From the NCBI RefSeq assembly GCF_001194135.2, contig NC_068989.1:69409607-69460009 (forward strand): a stretch of DNA of 50,403 bases, written 5' to 3'. This document shows positions 22,239 to 34,193 of the stretch, piece after piece (within the stretch, counting starts at the first letter, position 1; each line of letters starts with the position of its first letter). A program made the translations under genes and the position numbers. A model generated the notes under the pieces. The model was not told the origin of the DNA, ran no database searches, and saw only the letters and a program-made list of their open reading frames with translations. Source of the DNA: Octopus bimaculoides (taxonomy: Eukaryota).

Positions 22239-22816
22239 CATCAATTCACCACGGGGAAAGTTCACCATACAAATTTTTTGACGTAATTTTTCAACTTCAG
22301 TTTTTCTTTCCATTTTTTTCAAAAAAAATAGTTTTTAACTATTAATGGTGAGATACTATGGATATATTTTCTCAGTTTGGAGGCGCAATGGCCCAGTGGT
22401 TAACGCAGCGGACTCGCGGTCATAGGATTGCGGTTTCGATTCCCAGACCGGGCTTTGTGAATGTTTATTGAGCAAAAACACCTAAAGCTCCATGAGGCTC
22501 CGGCACAACTTTCTCTCGCTCTTACTTCCTGTTTCTGTTGTGCCTGTAATTCAAAGGGTCAGCCTTGTCACACTGTGTCACACTGAATATCCCTGAGAAC
22601 TACGTTAAGGGTACACGTGTCTGTGAAGTGCTCAGCCACTTGCACGTTAATTTCACGAGCAGGCTGTTCCGTTGATCGGAGCAACTGGAACCCTCGACGT
22701 CGTAAGCGACGGAGTGCCAACAATTTTCTCAGTAAGCTTTCCTTGTGGTGAACATTCCTCACGGTGAACTTCATGGTGAATTGATGGTGGTGAACTTTCT
22801 CTGTGGTGAATTGATG
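22239..22816. mobile_element. Foldback/MULE-like element with 29-bp TIRs and GGTGAA subrepeats
   Basis: 22239-22267 catcaattcaccacggggaaagttcacca versus 22788-22816 tggtgaactttctctgtggtgaattgatg. Confidence 0.6.
22379..22723 (+). mobile_element. Young tRNA-derived SINE family C
   Basis: tggcccagtggtt A-box, ggtttcgattccc B-box, CpG-rich body, near-identical to 44973-45179. Confidence 0.85.
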
Positions 22817-23952
22817 GCGGTGGTCTTTGATTCTATGATACATACTTCCTGTTTGAAAGTGATTTAAATTAAAACCACTCTTCAAAAATTTCCTATTAAT
22901 TTATATTCCAAACTCCACCTTAATAACGAGAAAGTTATTTAACTTAATTTTTAGTTATTTATAATACCAATTGGAGGGTAAAAAAAAGCAGTATATTTTA
23001 ACAGAAATATGATAACAAAAGGACACAGAAACAAAAACATTTTACTGCATTGTTCTTATTTTAACTTATAACTAAAGAAAAGTTCTGGAGAAATAAGTTT
23101 TCTATTGACAATCTTTGATGTGATTTCAGGAAAGTCCTAAAAGTTCTTATGTAGTATGAAATTGCATAAATAAATAAATAAATAAATAAATAAACAAAAG
23201 AAAGAAAGAAATATATTTGATCTTTATTCTAATGTGAAATAAATAGAATTGTGGCCAGATTGAATGTTTTATGACTAATTATTTGACATAATGGATATAA
23301 CTAGTTTACTCTTGCTGTAAAGTATATGAAAGAAAAAAAAATACAAATGTTTTTCTTTTATTACTGTGGAATTTCCCATTTCTACAAATTATTTATAACC
23401 TATTTACCTGTACTATTTCATCCCCATAAACGCCTATGTCATGAGAGAATATTTATGCTATTAAATAGTATTCTTTCCATTCAAATCTCTATATTACCAC
23501 AAACAACTCTCTCTCTCACCCCACCCCTCTCTGCATATATATTGACACAAATATGAATGAAAAGGTTTTTACATGACAGTCAATTCTCCTAACATTACTT
23601 TCTGGTTAGCTATTTCACTAGTAAATATTAGTTTTGTGGATCAACCATAATTATTTTTGCTTAAACTTTTACATGACTGCCAACCTTTATTTCCATGATC
23701 AATAATCACTAGTCATCTCTGTGTGTGTGTGTGTGTGTGTGTGTGTTTGTTTCATTCCACATTTCAGCATTATTATTTCCACTTGTGTGAAAATTTTATG
23801 AATATTTTTCATATTTTCCATTTTTTCGAGTCTTCCGCTTCACCTTACAACTTTTACTTTTAAACTTAGCTTATAAAACACCTCCGGCTTATAAATACAT
23901 ATGAGTTTATCAATGAAGGAGTTTGTACTGGGTTTCTTGGCCAAATCACACT

Positions 23953-24190
23953 TTAACTCCTTTAATTTTTTTCATCACCATATTCTTATGAAAATACATT
24001 GCCTTTCTTTCAATTAACTTTGGAAATATTGAAGAATTTAGTAAAATAATTGTCTTTATTAAACTAATGTTTGAAATATAATTTAACATAAAATTTTGAT
24101 AGAAAGTTTTAATTTAAATAATTCTAAAACAGGGAGTTTGTATCATAAAACCAGTGGTGGTCTTCAGCAGGTTGGTTTCAAAATGATTGG
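23953..24190 (-). mobile_element. P2 MITE
   Basis: Reverse complement of the P2 body; TTAA at 23953. Confidence 0.7.
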
Positions 24191-24334
24191 TGGAGAGAAA
24201 TTATGCCTGAAGACCTGGGTGGTCATGATTGAAATGCTTTTGATCTTAGGTCTGCTTGACCAAAGCTGACCAGGGACTAAACATCAATGAATAAGCATAA
24301 TCCTTTTATTGTCTGTCGATATGACATTAGGGGC

Positions 24335-24495
24335 AGGTATGGTTGTTTGTTTAAGAAGATTGCTTCCCAAATATCAAATATATGGTCTCTGGTTCTGTCT
24401 CACTGTAGGGCACCTTGGGCAAATGTCTTCTACTATAATCCTGAGCTGACCAGAACCTTGTAAGCTATTTGGTTGAAAGAAACTGAGAGAAGCAG
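24335..24495 (+). mobile_element. SINE family A head
   Basis: gaagattgcttcccaa...gggcaccttgggcaaatgtcttctactata...gaaactgagagaagc. Confidence 0.75.
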
Positions 24496-24510
24496 TTGAC
24501 AGAAACCGAA

Positions 24511-24744
24511 AGGCGGTAAGCTGGCAAAAACGTTAGCACGCCGGGCGAAATGCTTAGCGGTATTTCGTCTGCCGTTACGTTCTGAGTTCAAATTCCACCG
24601 AGGTCAACTTTGCCTTTCATCCTTTTGGGGTCGATAAATTAAGTACCAGTTATGCACTGGGGCCGATGTAATCGACTTAATCCCTTTGTCTGTCCTTGTT
24701 TATCCCCTCTATGTTTAGCCCCTTGTGGGCAATAAAGAAATAAG
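24511..24744 (+). mobile_element. SINE family B, young variant with a distinct tail
   Basis: aggcggtaagctggc...gagttcaaattcc...aataaagaaataag, CpG-rich. Confidence 0.88.
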
Positions 24745-24894
24745 AAACTGAAAGAAGCAAGGTGTGTGTGTGTGTGTATGTGGGTGGGTGGGTGTATGTT
24801 TGGGTGTGTGTGTGTGTGTGCATGCATGCATGCATGTGTGTGTATGCAAGTTAGTGGAAAATGGATCTTAAAACAATGATGACAATGATGTTGA

Positions 24895-25120
24895 CGTGTG
24901 TGTGTGTGTGTATACTCTTGTCTTGACATTATATGATGGTTGTAAATTAGTATCATCTTCATACAAGTGATGTTTGCTCATTATTCCATGGAATACATGT
25001 CCAACCTTGTGACAATATTACCTTGCATGAAAATGTGGGGGGGGTAGTGACAAATCTGCCTCAACAAATTCCATCCAACTCATGTAAGCATGGAAAAGTG
25101 AACATTAAATGATGATGGTG
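24895..25120 (+). mobile_element. SINE tail type E after (GT)n
   Basis: cttgtcttgacatt...caatattaccttgc...gcatggaaaagtgaacattaaatgatgat. Confidence 0.75.
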
Positions 25121-25194
25121 TGATGAATTTTTTTATTTTAATTCAAGGCATTATTTGTAAATGCTAAGAATTTTATTACATTATTTGATCCCAG

Positions 25195-25253
25195 ACAGTT
25201 CATTCTTGAGTAGCCGTCTTGAAAACACCAGTTTGTCAACATTATGCAGTTTA
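25195..25253 (+). CDS. Candidate exon 3 (SSFLSSRLENTSLSTLCSL)
   Basis: ttatttgatcccag| acceptor, |GTAAGT donor, only one frame open, phase 1 to 0. Confidence 0.45.
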
Positions 25254-25589
25254 GTAAGTCAGTGTTCCAATCTTGTATTTGCTGTGTCCATTTAGAGGTG
25301 TAAATATAATGTGTACCTGTTAGAAAGGCCATCGTAAGTTCATGTAACCTTCACTTAAAATGTCTACATTTGATTACTATATCCTCTTGTTGACACTAAT
25401 CACAATTCCTTTGATCAGTACTGCTGTCTTTAGAAGAGGTTTACATTGTTTCAATGACATTCAGAAGTTTGGCTTTAGTAAATAAAACCAAAGACGGAAT
25501 TTGTCTTAATGGAAATAAATATAAAGATATGCTGTAGATCAAGTGAACTAATTTTGACATGAGATATTCATTTAAGATTGTAGTTGTTA

Positions 25590-25810
25590 ATATTGATTTT
25601 GAATTTTGGCACAAGGCTTGTAAGTTTGGTGGGAAGGGTAAGGCGATTGCATTAACCCCAGTTTTAACTGGTACTTATTCCATTGACCCTGAAAGGATGA
25701 AAAGTAAAGTTGGCATTGATGGAATTTGAACTCAGAACATAAAGACAGACAAAATGCTGCTAAGCATTTTGCCCAGCATGCTAACAATTCTACCAGCTCA
25801 TCACCTTTGT
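25590..25810 (-). mobile_element. SINE family B
   Basis: Family B boxes and core. Confidence 0.82.
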
Positions 25811-26159
25811 AGTTGGTAATTTTAATGATAATGAAGGGGTGAAAGATTGGAAAAATCATTAGAGCAGTGATATAATGCCATGTGGTGTTTACTTACTGCT
25901 ATTTACATTCTGAGCTCAAATCCTGGAGGATGTCAGCTTTGCCTTTTAATTAAAATATAAAACCATGAGAAAGTAAAACACTTATGAATAGATTTACAAT
26001 CTACTGACTAAAATTTCGACCACCTCATACAGAATTTAAACAGCATTATTTATTATAAGTACTAGTCAATATTGGGTTGCCATAATCAACACTGTACACT
26101 TCCTGTCTCTCTTGTGTGACCTTGTACAATGTTAAAAGTCAATAATAAAAATTGAACTT

Positions 26160-26345
26160 TTGTGGGAGTGGGGAGTTGATTACATCAGCGCCTCTGTTCA
26201 ACTGCTACTTAATTTATCAACCCCTGAAAGGATGAAAGGCAAAGTCAACCTTGGCAGAATTTTGAACTCAAAACATAAAACCAGATGAAATGCCACTAAG
26301 TATTCTGCCCGACATGTTAATGATTCTACCAGCTCTCCACCATAA
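26160..26345 (-). mobile_element. SINE family B
   Basis: Family B boxes and core. Confidence 0.82.
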
Positions 26346-26550
26346 TAACAGTAATTATAATGATGATAATGATAATAATAATAATGTTCTCTTTCTTTCA
26401 TGTTGTTCTTTTTAATGGAGAATGTGCTTTAACCCTCTGGTAGCCATATTTCTGTTGAAAGACGTGCGAAGGTGCATGATTGTGAATCAGGTGTATTGAA
26501 AACAGAAGACTTAGTGAGATGGGTGAGAAAGATCTCTTGGATATACTACA

Positions 26551-26785
26551 TTAATCCTTTTCTTATCATATTTTCTCTTGAAATATACTGCCTGTGTTTC
26601 AACTTGTTTTGAAAACAACAAAGAATTTAGTAAAATAACTTGGTCATTTTTTTAAAGTTAGTGTTTGGTAACATTAATTGTATGAAATATTTGATAAAAG
26701 GTTTTAATTTAGGTTACTCAAAAACAGGAACTTTTTATCACAGAATCAGGAGCAGTTTCAGGCAAATTGGTATCAATAGAGCTAA
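26551..26785 (-). mobile_element. P2 MITE, with an extra partial terminus at about 26429-26460
   Basis: ttaatcctttt...ggtatcaatagagctaa. Confidence 0.72.
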
Positions 26786-26984
26786 AGTTACAGAAATGGT
26801 TGAGCACAAATGAGCTGAGAAAGTTACTGAACAATAAAAACATTCACTAATGCATGCAGAAGAAGCTGGTCTGATATGGATGCATAGTTCAAATCAATTA
26901 TTACTAGCTCTATCACAGCTTTTATTCAGACATGGTGACCATCTCATGTTGTATTAAGTCATAGCGTTTTATTCATATACTATG

Positions 26985-27135
26985 TGTTAGGAAGGGCATC
27001 CAGCTGTGGAAACCTTGCCAGATCAGATTGGAGCCTGGTGCAGCCTCTACACTTGCCAGTCCCCAGTCAAATTGTCCAACCCATGCCAGCATGGAAAACA
27101 GATGTTAAACGATGATGATAATAATGATGATGATG
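26985..27135 (+). mobile_element. RTE 3' tail fragment
   Basis: gttaggaagggcatccagctg...gttaaacgatgatgat. Confidence 0.88.
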
Positions 27136-27184
27136 ATGTGTGTGTCTAGGAATGCATTGCTGCATGTATTCTTCCTGCTTTTTG

Positions 27185-27350
27185 GATGGGAGAATGTGAT
27201 CTAAATTAAAATCTTCCTTCAAAATTTCATGTTAATTTATGTTTCAAATCCCATTTTACGCAAGTTATTTTACTAAATACTTCATATTTTCAAAATTAAC
27301 TGAAACAAAGGCCATAATTTTGAACAGAAATATCACAACTAAAGGATTAA
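27185..27350 (+). mobile_element. P2 MITE, partial
   Basis: P2 body ending aaaggaTTAA. Confidence 0.65.
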
Positions 27351-27559
27351 TAAGCAAAGAGTTTTCAAATTCTCACTAAATAACAACAAACCACTAAGGT
27401 TACTGCAATGACAGCTCTGTAGTAAGTTATGCATACACTTTGCAATGGCTATCACATTGGTATCATTACAGTAAACATAAATACTAACTGAGGAGTTTGA
27501 TACGTTGGATACATTAGAATACTGTAGCATCTGATAACACTGGTTTGGCACCTGCATAG

Positions 27560-27900
27560 TTCTCATCTAGCATGTTTCCATTTATTGGTAATTGTCAAGA
27601 TTTATACTGGATACAGTTGTAAAGCTTCACCAGTAATGTTGTTAGTCCAAGGAACTTTGAAAAGTTTCCACAATCTGTTAATCTGGAACTCTTTTAAAGA
27701 TGCACTGCAGCTCTTGTCTATTGATGTTACTGTTTCTCAACTGGCATTGGGGGTTGAACTCTTTTACCTGCAGGTATATGTATCTCTAGTCAAGCTCACA
27801 TTTCATATATCTGATCTGCTACAAGAAAGCATGTCTTACGAAGTTTAGTTGCTTGTACTTTTCCTCCATCAAGCAGTCTCTGCAGATACTTCAGTTTTAA
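27560..27900 (-). pseudogene. Highly decayed coding remnant, possibly a CR1/L2 RT C-terminus
   Basis: Minus-strand KVQATKL...YEM segment weakly resembles KVQRRATKL...YEERL; many stops. Confidence 0.22.
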
Positions 27901-27911
27901 AGCTTTTGTTA

Positions 27912-28126
27912 TTAATCCACATGTGACTACCACTAGATCTTATGATACAAACTTCCTATTTTAAAGTGTTCTAAATTAAATTAAATTAAAACATTCCATC
28001 AAAATTCCATGCTAATTTATGCTCTAAACATCAAGTTAATACTGAGTTATTTTGTTGCATTTTTTTCAAAATTAATTGAAAGACAGGCAGTGTATTTCGA
28101 CAGAAATATGATAATGAATAGGTTAA
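27912..28126 (+). mobile_element. P2 MITE
   Basis: TTAA at both ends; P2 body. Confidence 0.72.
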
Positions 28127-28849
28127 ACTCTGAATATTTCTGTAAGAGATCATTTCCTGGAGCCATAGTTAAGAATCAAAACCGAATCCACATTTTTGCT
28201 GATTGTCAGATGGATTTCCAGTTTTTTGCTTTCAACTCTCTTTACTTGGAAATTAATGAGGATGATTTGACCTTGTAGACCTCTTGTGGTCATGGAAAGG
28301 TCAACTCTTTGTTTTTAGGATTGACCTACTTTAGTTGCCAAACCTTATATACACCCAATAAGAAGTCTGTTGAGCCTCTTTGATATCTGCCTTCTGACTA
28401 AGAGCATCCTGGTTGAATGGAAAAGAGAGGGACAACACAATTCTCATCCTTTCTCTCTCTCTAGCAGCAGACAATTAAGCTAACTTCTGTCCATTAAGAG
28501 TGTGCAAGTACATCATCATTGTCATTTCTCCTAGTACTATGAAACTGCTAACTACTACTAAGCATTCTGTACTGATCCTGCATGTGAATAATATTCATTC
28601 TTTCTGATGTTCTTTATTACATTGTCTCCTGGACTTTGAGCAATTTTAGCATAACATAACCTGTTACATTTGGAGAATACAATGTCATTCAAATCTTTGT
28701 TATTTTTGACATCTCTTCACAATCATATTTTTACATTTTGTGACCCCTGTCATTACATTTCAATCCTTAGACAAGTCCTTTTACATTGCACTAGATGATA
28801 GGAGTAACTGGTGTGTTGAAAGATTTATCCATGTTATATCAAGCTATCT

Positions 28850-29070
28850 ATTCATAGATCTTGTCTCTCTCTGCAAGTGTTATTTGTTTTCAGTTCACTG
28901 CATAACTATGTCTGGGCAGTTTGCTTGAAAGACCACAAGATTATTACCTTGCTTGGAAACTGGTGAGGGTTGGCAACAGGAAGGGCATCTGGCCATAGAA
29001 AATCTGCCTCAGTGAATTTGGACTGATCCTTACAAGCATAGAAAACTGAACATTAAAACGATACTGATAA
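28850..29070 (+). mobile_element. SINE tail type E
   Basis: ttaccttgcttggaaactggtgagggttggcaacaggaagggcatctggcc...aaaacgat. Confidence 0.72.
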
Positions 29071-29489
29071 CTTTTATATTCATTGTCCAAAATCTGGTTA
29101 ACTCAGACAATACACTATTTTCCTGTTGGAGTTTCATTTTGTTGTCAGCTTTAGTATTTATTTCAAGTTATATAATTATTTTGTCATAAAGCCATGAGTT
29201 CATTGATTTACAACTGCTATTACTGAAAATGAATATAACCTGGAACTTTATAAATAGCTTCTTATAGAACAATTGTGGAATCATTCATGTATTGTCTCCA
29301 TTCATGATCCATCTTCTAAATGGGTCCATTTAATCCTATTGTTGTGTGGATATAGAAGAACTAGAGATGATGCACAGATACAACACACATACATACATAC
29401 ATATACATATATATAAACAGAGCCATAAGAGTGCAAACATTTCCTTTTGGATCCAATATACATCAGATAAACTAATGGTTGCTAATATA

Positions 29490-30731
29490 TTGGGTCATCC
29501 CATAAATAATGCGTTTTTATCAATTGCATGAAATAAAAGTCGGAGAGGGATGGGATAAACTACCTGCATCAACTTACTATATAAGCAGGTAGTAATTTTA
29601 CCATATTCTTAGTGCAGGTTTTGAAGAGTGCAGTTCAATTTTAACAGTTATTTTTTCAAAGCTACAATGGAAGTGACAAAAGAGCATATTTGGCATGTTT
29701 TGCTTTATGAGTTCAATAAAGGCAACAACACAACAGAAAATGCAAGGAATATTAACACAGTATATGGGGACCAGACAATAAGTGTAAGCCAGTGTCAACG
29801 GTGGTTCCAGGAATTCCGAGCCAGAAACTATAGCCTAGAAAATGAGCCTCATCCTGGAAGATCTGTAGAGCTAGACAAGAACATCCTGCAAAACTCGATG
29901 GAGCAAAATCCCATTGTAATTGTTGAGGAATTAGCAGAGAAGCTTGGATTTGATCATTCAATGATTCATCAATACCGGTGTGCCATCAGAAAAGTCAGCA
30001 GACTGGGTCAATGGGTTCCTCACAAACTTTCTGAGTCTAATTGCATGCAGAGAGTGAATGTGTGCTCTTCTTTGTTGTCAAGTCACACAAATGAACCTTT
30101 TTTGGACCAAAGAGTGACTGGTGATGAGAAATGGGTTTTCTATAGAAATTTCAAGTGCTAAAGACAGTGGGCAGGGAAAGGAGAACACTGGCATCCCAGG
30201 CTAAAGGAGGTCTTCACCCACATAAGGTGTTGCTATCTGTTTGATAGGATATGAAAGGTTTAGTCCACTTTGAACTTTTAAACCCAAACCAAATGATAAG
30301 AAAGGAGATCTACTGTGAGCAGCTTAAATCAGCGCTAGAAGAAAAATGACCATCTTTGGTTTCAAGATGAAAAGTGTTCTGCTTGGCCACATGCAGCGAG
30401 GATGACATTCCAAAGGCTGGAGCAGTTTGAATGGGAAACAATGCCCCACCCACCATATTCGCTGGACATTGCCCCATCTGATTATCATTTATTTCAGTCT
30501 TGAAAATCATTTGGACAGAAAAAATGTGAATTCTGTAGATGAGGTCAGAACAGTACTGGAGGAGTATTTTTCATTACAGACAAGTGAATTTTGGAAGTTT
30601 ACCAGATAGATGGAAAAGCATTGTAGAAAATGAAGGAGAGTATATTTTAGATTAAAAAACAATTTTGTTTATCTTAATTTCGAAGAATAAATGAAGTATA
30701 AAAAAACTGCATTATTTATGGGATGACCCAA
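29490..30731 (+). mobile_element. Full-length decayed mariner (DD34D-type) transposon
   Basis: 23-bp perfect TIRs ttgggtcatcccataaataatgc, TA TSDs at 29488-29489 and 30732-30733; transposase from ATG 29667 with WVPHKL, TGDEKW and PYSLDIAPSDY motifs, several stops. Confidence 0.95.
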
Positions 30732-31172
30732 TATATTTAATAATATATTTGCTACCAATAGTTAATTTTTTTTTCTCCCTGATGAGACAATCTCACCTTC
30801 AGTTTATTTTTATGAGATTAATTAAATCTTATTGCTATTATTTAAATGTTATGAACAATAATATCTCTTCAAACAATTCTATAATAAATCCTTTACAATA
30901 TCTTTATTGAAAAAAAAAAATATCCTCTGCAGCGAGAATATTTCTAATAGTTGTGTGGATTCTGGACAATATTAACATCTCTCAGTGATTGTTATTGAAT
31001 TAGTTTTGAGAAATTCTATAGAAAGTTGCATTTAATCTAAAAAAAAAAAAAGATATTACTGGAGACAATGTTAGCAACTATAGAAAAGAAACTCATCAAA
31101 ATTGTGCTCCAGCATGGCAATGGTTTCATGACTGAAAAAAAGTAAAAGAGACAAAGCATATCGGACAGAATA

Positions 31173-31615
31173 TTAACTCTTTTTATACCAACCCACCTGA
31201 GACCACCCTTGGCCCAATGGTATAAACTTTTTTCTCTGAAGTGATCTCAGTTAAAGCTTTTTGTCGTAAAGATGTCATGTTAATTTCATCATCATCATCG
31301 TTTAACGTCCGCTTTCCATGCTAGCATGGGTTGGACGATTTGACTGAGGACTGGTGAACCAGATGGCTACACCAGGCTCCAATCTGATCTAGTAGAATTT
31401 CTACAGCTGGATGCCCTTCCTAACACCAACCACTCCAAGAGTGTAGTGGGTACTTTTATGTGCCACCGGCATGAAGGCCAGTCAGGTGGTACTGGCAACG
31501 GCTTATGTTTCAAATATCAGCTTTAAAATGACAAAATTATTTTACTAAATTCTTCATCCTTTTCAAATTTAGTTGGAACACAAGCAGTGAATTTCAAGTG
31601 AAATATGATAATAAA
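31173..31615 (+). mobile_element. P2 MITE interrupted by an RTE 3' fragment (31277-31500, minus strand)
   Basis: MITE halves rejoin across the (CAT)n-tailed insert. Confidence 0.75.
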
Positions 31616-31644
31616 ACTGTTCTACACTAATTGTTCCCAACTGG

Positions 31645-31930
31645 GACAGGTGGTGCTGTGTGGTAAGAAGTTACCTTCTCAACCACATGGTTCCGGGTTC
31701 AATTCTACTGCATGGCACCTTGGGCAAGTGAATTCATACTATAGCCTTAGGTCAACCAAAGCCTTGTGAGTGGATTTGGTAGATAGAAACTGAAAGAAGC
31801 CTGCTGTATATATATCTATGTTTGACCCCCAATGCCGCTTGTCACTAGTGATGGTTTGTTTATACACCCATTTTTCTGACAAAAAATTCTTTATAGTGGT
31901 GCTCCAGCAGGGCTACAATCTAATGACCAA
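31645..31930 (+). mobile_element. SINE family A, head plus short (TA) hinge plus A tail
   Basis: gctgtgtggtaagaag...aagaagcc..tatatatat...gtggtgctccagc...aaacaggtaaaag. Confidence 0.8.
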
Positions 31931-32024
31931 AACAGGTAAAAGGTTAAAAGTTACCTGCTTAACACTGATTGACCAAACATCATATTTAACCAGTTTCTTA
32001 TTTTCTTTCCATTTGCATTAACAG

Positions 32025-32141
32025 GTGAGCCCGGACATGGCTTATCGGATGGTGAATTTCCGTGAGGAAAGTGATGTCCATAAGAACATTTCCATATTTT
32101 CTTGGAATGATCGTCAGAATTCTGTGGAATCAACGAAATTG
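32025..32141 (+). CDS. Candidate exon 4 (VSPDMAYRMVNFREESDVHKNISIFSWNDRQNSVESTKL), product unknown
   Basis: Strong pyrimidine tract and acag| acceptor, |GTGAGA donor, 117 bp, only frame 0 open, non-repetitive with CpGs retained. Confidence 0.62.
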
Positions 32142-32461
32142 GTGAGACACCTTTATTACATTTAGTAGATATTCCTAATAATAACTCTGTGCAGTTTTAC
32201 ACAGTTCTCTTATGGCCGATAACTAGCCATGATGTTTTTTTCTGTTCTCTGTTAATTCTTGTAGCTTACTCAGCTGTGGTGTAAGTATTAATCATTGCTA
32301 ATGAACATGTAGACATATTTTCGTTTCTCTTTTCATTAATTTGCCTGTTAATTAGATTTTCTTAAAAATAATACATTTTTATTTCATTTTATAGTGTTTT
32401 TTGTCACATCGCACACTTGCTTGTGATTTCATAAAAGCATTCAAGAAAAACCAAAAAAAGC

Positions 32462-32515
<54 letters not shown>

Positions 32516-33518
32516 NNNNNNNNNNNNNNNNNNNNNNNNNNNNNNNNNNNNNNNNNNNNNNNNNNNNNNNNNNNNNNNNNNNNNNNNNNNNNNNNNNNNN
32601 NNNNNNNNNNNNNNNNNNNNNNNNNNNNNNNNNNNNNNNNNNNNNNNNNNNNNNNNNNNNNNNNNNNNNNNNNNNNNNNNNNNNNNNNNNNNNNNNNNNN
32701 NNNNNNNNNNNNNNNNNNNNNNNNNNNNNNNNNNNNNNNNNNNNNNNNNNNNNNNNNNNNNNNNNNNNNNNNNNNNNNNNNNNNNNNNNNNNNNNNNNNN
32801 NNNNNNNNNNNNNNNNNNNNNNNNNNNNNNNNNNNNNNNNNNNNNNNNNNNNNNNNNNNNNNNNNNNNNNNNNNNNNNNNNNNNNNNNNNNNNNNNNNNN
32901 NNNNNNNNNNNNNNNNNNNNNNNNNNNNNNNNNNNNNNNNNNNNNNNNNNNNNNNNNNNNNNNNNNNNNNNNNNNNNNNNNNNNNNNNNNNNNNNNNNNN
33001 NNNNNNNNNNNNNNNNNNNNNNNNNNNNNNNNNNNNNNNNNNNNNNNNNNNNNNNNNNNNNNNNNNNNNNNNNNNNNNNNNNNNNNNNNNNNNNNNNNNN
33101 NNNNNNNNNNNNNNNNNNNNNNNNNNNNNNNNNNNNNNNNNNNNNNNNNNNNNNNNNNNNNNNNNNNNNNNNNNNNNNNNNNNNNNNNNNNNNNNNNNNN
33201 NNNNNNNNNNNNNNNNNNNNNNNNNNNNNNNNNNNNNNNNNNNNNNNNNNNNNNNNNNNNNNNNNNNNNNNNNNNNNNNNNNNNNNNNNNNNNNNNNNNN
33301 NNNNNNNNNNNNNNNNNNNNNNNNNNNNNNNNNNNNNNNNNNNNNNNNNNNNNNNNNNNNNNNNNNNNNNNNNNNNNNNNNNNNNNNNNNNNNNNNNNNN
33401 NNNNNNNNNNNNNNNNNNNNNNNNNNNNNNNNNNNNNNNNNNNNNNNNTATATACATATATACATATACTTATTTATATATATATATATATATATATTAT
33501 ATACATATATACATATAC

Positions 33519-33556
<38 letters not shown>

Positions 33557-33644
33557 TCATAGCTATTATGTTAAACTGTTGTATGTCCAAATTTGACCAA
33601 TTGCATTTTTTTTCAATATTTAATTTTAATTTTGCTTGCAATAG

Positions 33645-33711
33645 CTGGTTCATTTGGTCAAACTATCGTATCTCCAGCTGCTTCAGATGTCAAGATATGA
33701 AAATTGTCAAA
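33645..33711 (+). CDS. Candidate exon 5 (LVHLVKLSYLQLLQMSRYENCQ)
   Basis: T-rich tract and caatag| acceptor, |GTATAG donor, phase 0 to 1. Confidence 0.48.
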
Positions 33712-33879
33712 GTATAGGACAACAGTTTAGCATTTTTCAAAAGTGTAGTAAGTCCTGCATACGACAGTTTTGCAAAGATATTTCTGACTGAAAATATCAT
33801 ATATGCATGGAGTTACAATTTTATGCACCCAACAAAGTATTATTGTTAAGCTGAAACTGTTGCTAATGTGGATTCCTAA

Positions 33880-34160
33880 TAGTGCCATTTGCTTGCAGTC
33901 TACCACAAAAAGCATGTCTGGTCTTCTTGACATGTTGTGTGATCTTTCTGAAACAAACGAATCCCATCTAACCAGTGTCATTTGTTTCCAGTTTTCTGCA
34001 TAAAACATGTCCAAGCTGTTTGTTGTTTGATAGACTTGTGTTTTGGTGACAAAGGCATCTGGATATAAAAAAAAAACCCCACTCTGCTCCAACACACTCT
34101 CATCTAACCCATGCAAGAATGGTAGACTAGATGGTAAAACGATGATGATGATGACGATGA
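33880..34160 (+). mobile_element. Divergent E-like tail ending in (GAT)n, similar to 39345-39680
   Basis: catttg..cag..aaaacatgtc units and cccatgcaag...aaaacgatgatgat. Confidence 0.5.
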
Positions 34161-34193
34161 TTAGGAACAGGATGTTAAAGAAGATTATTATTT

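Larger units (their letters stand above)
22183..23025 (+). mobile_element. Second P2 MITE, interrupted by a foldback element
   Basis: 5' end at 22183; resumes tgattctatgata at about 22827. Confidence 0.7.

Noticed and set aside
22379-22455. tRNA-like sequence with A and B boxes (also the heads of SINE families A, B and D)
   Set aside because: No complete cloverleaf and continues into a dispersed SINE body; not a tRNA gene
25296-25333. Second AG...GTAAGT mini-exon (RCKYNVYLLERP)
   Set aside because: Would need a 42-nt intron and breaks the phase chain; could still be an alternative exon
32401-33717. Long ORFs (up to 438 aa) here and at other gaps
   Set aside because: Open only because N runs contain no stop codons
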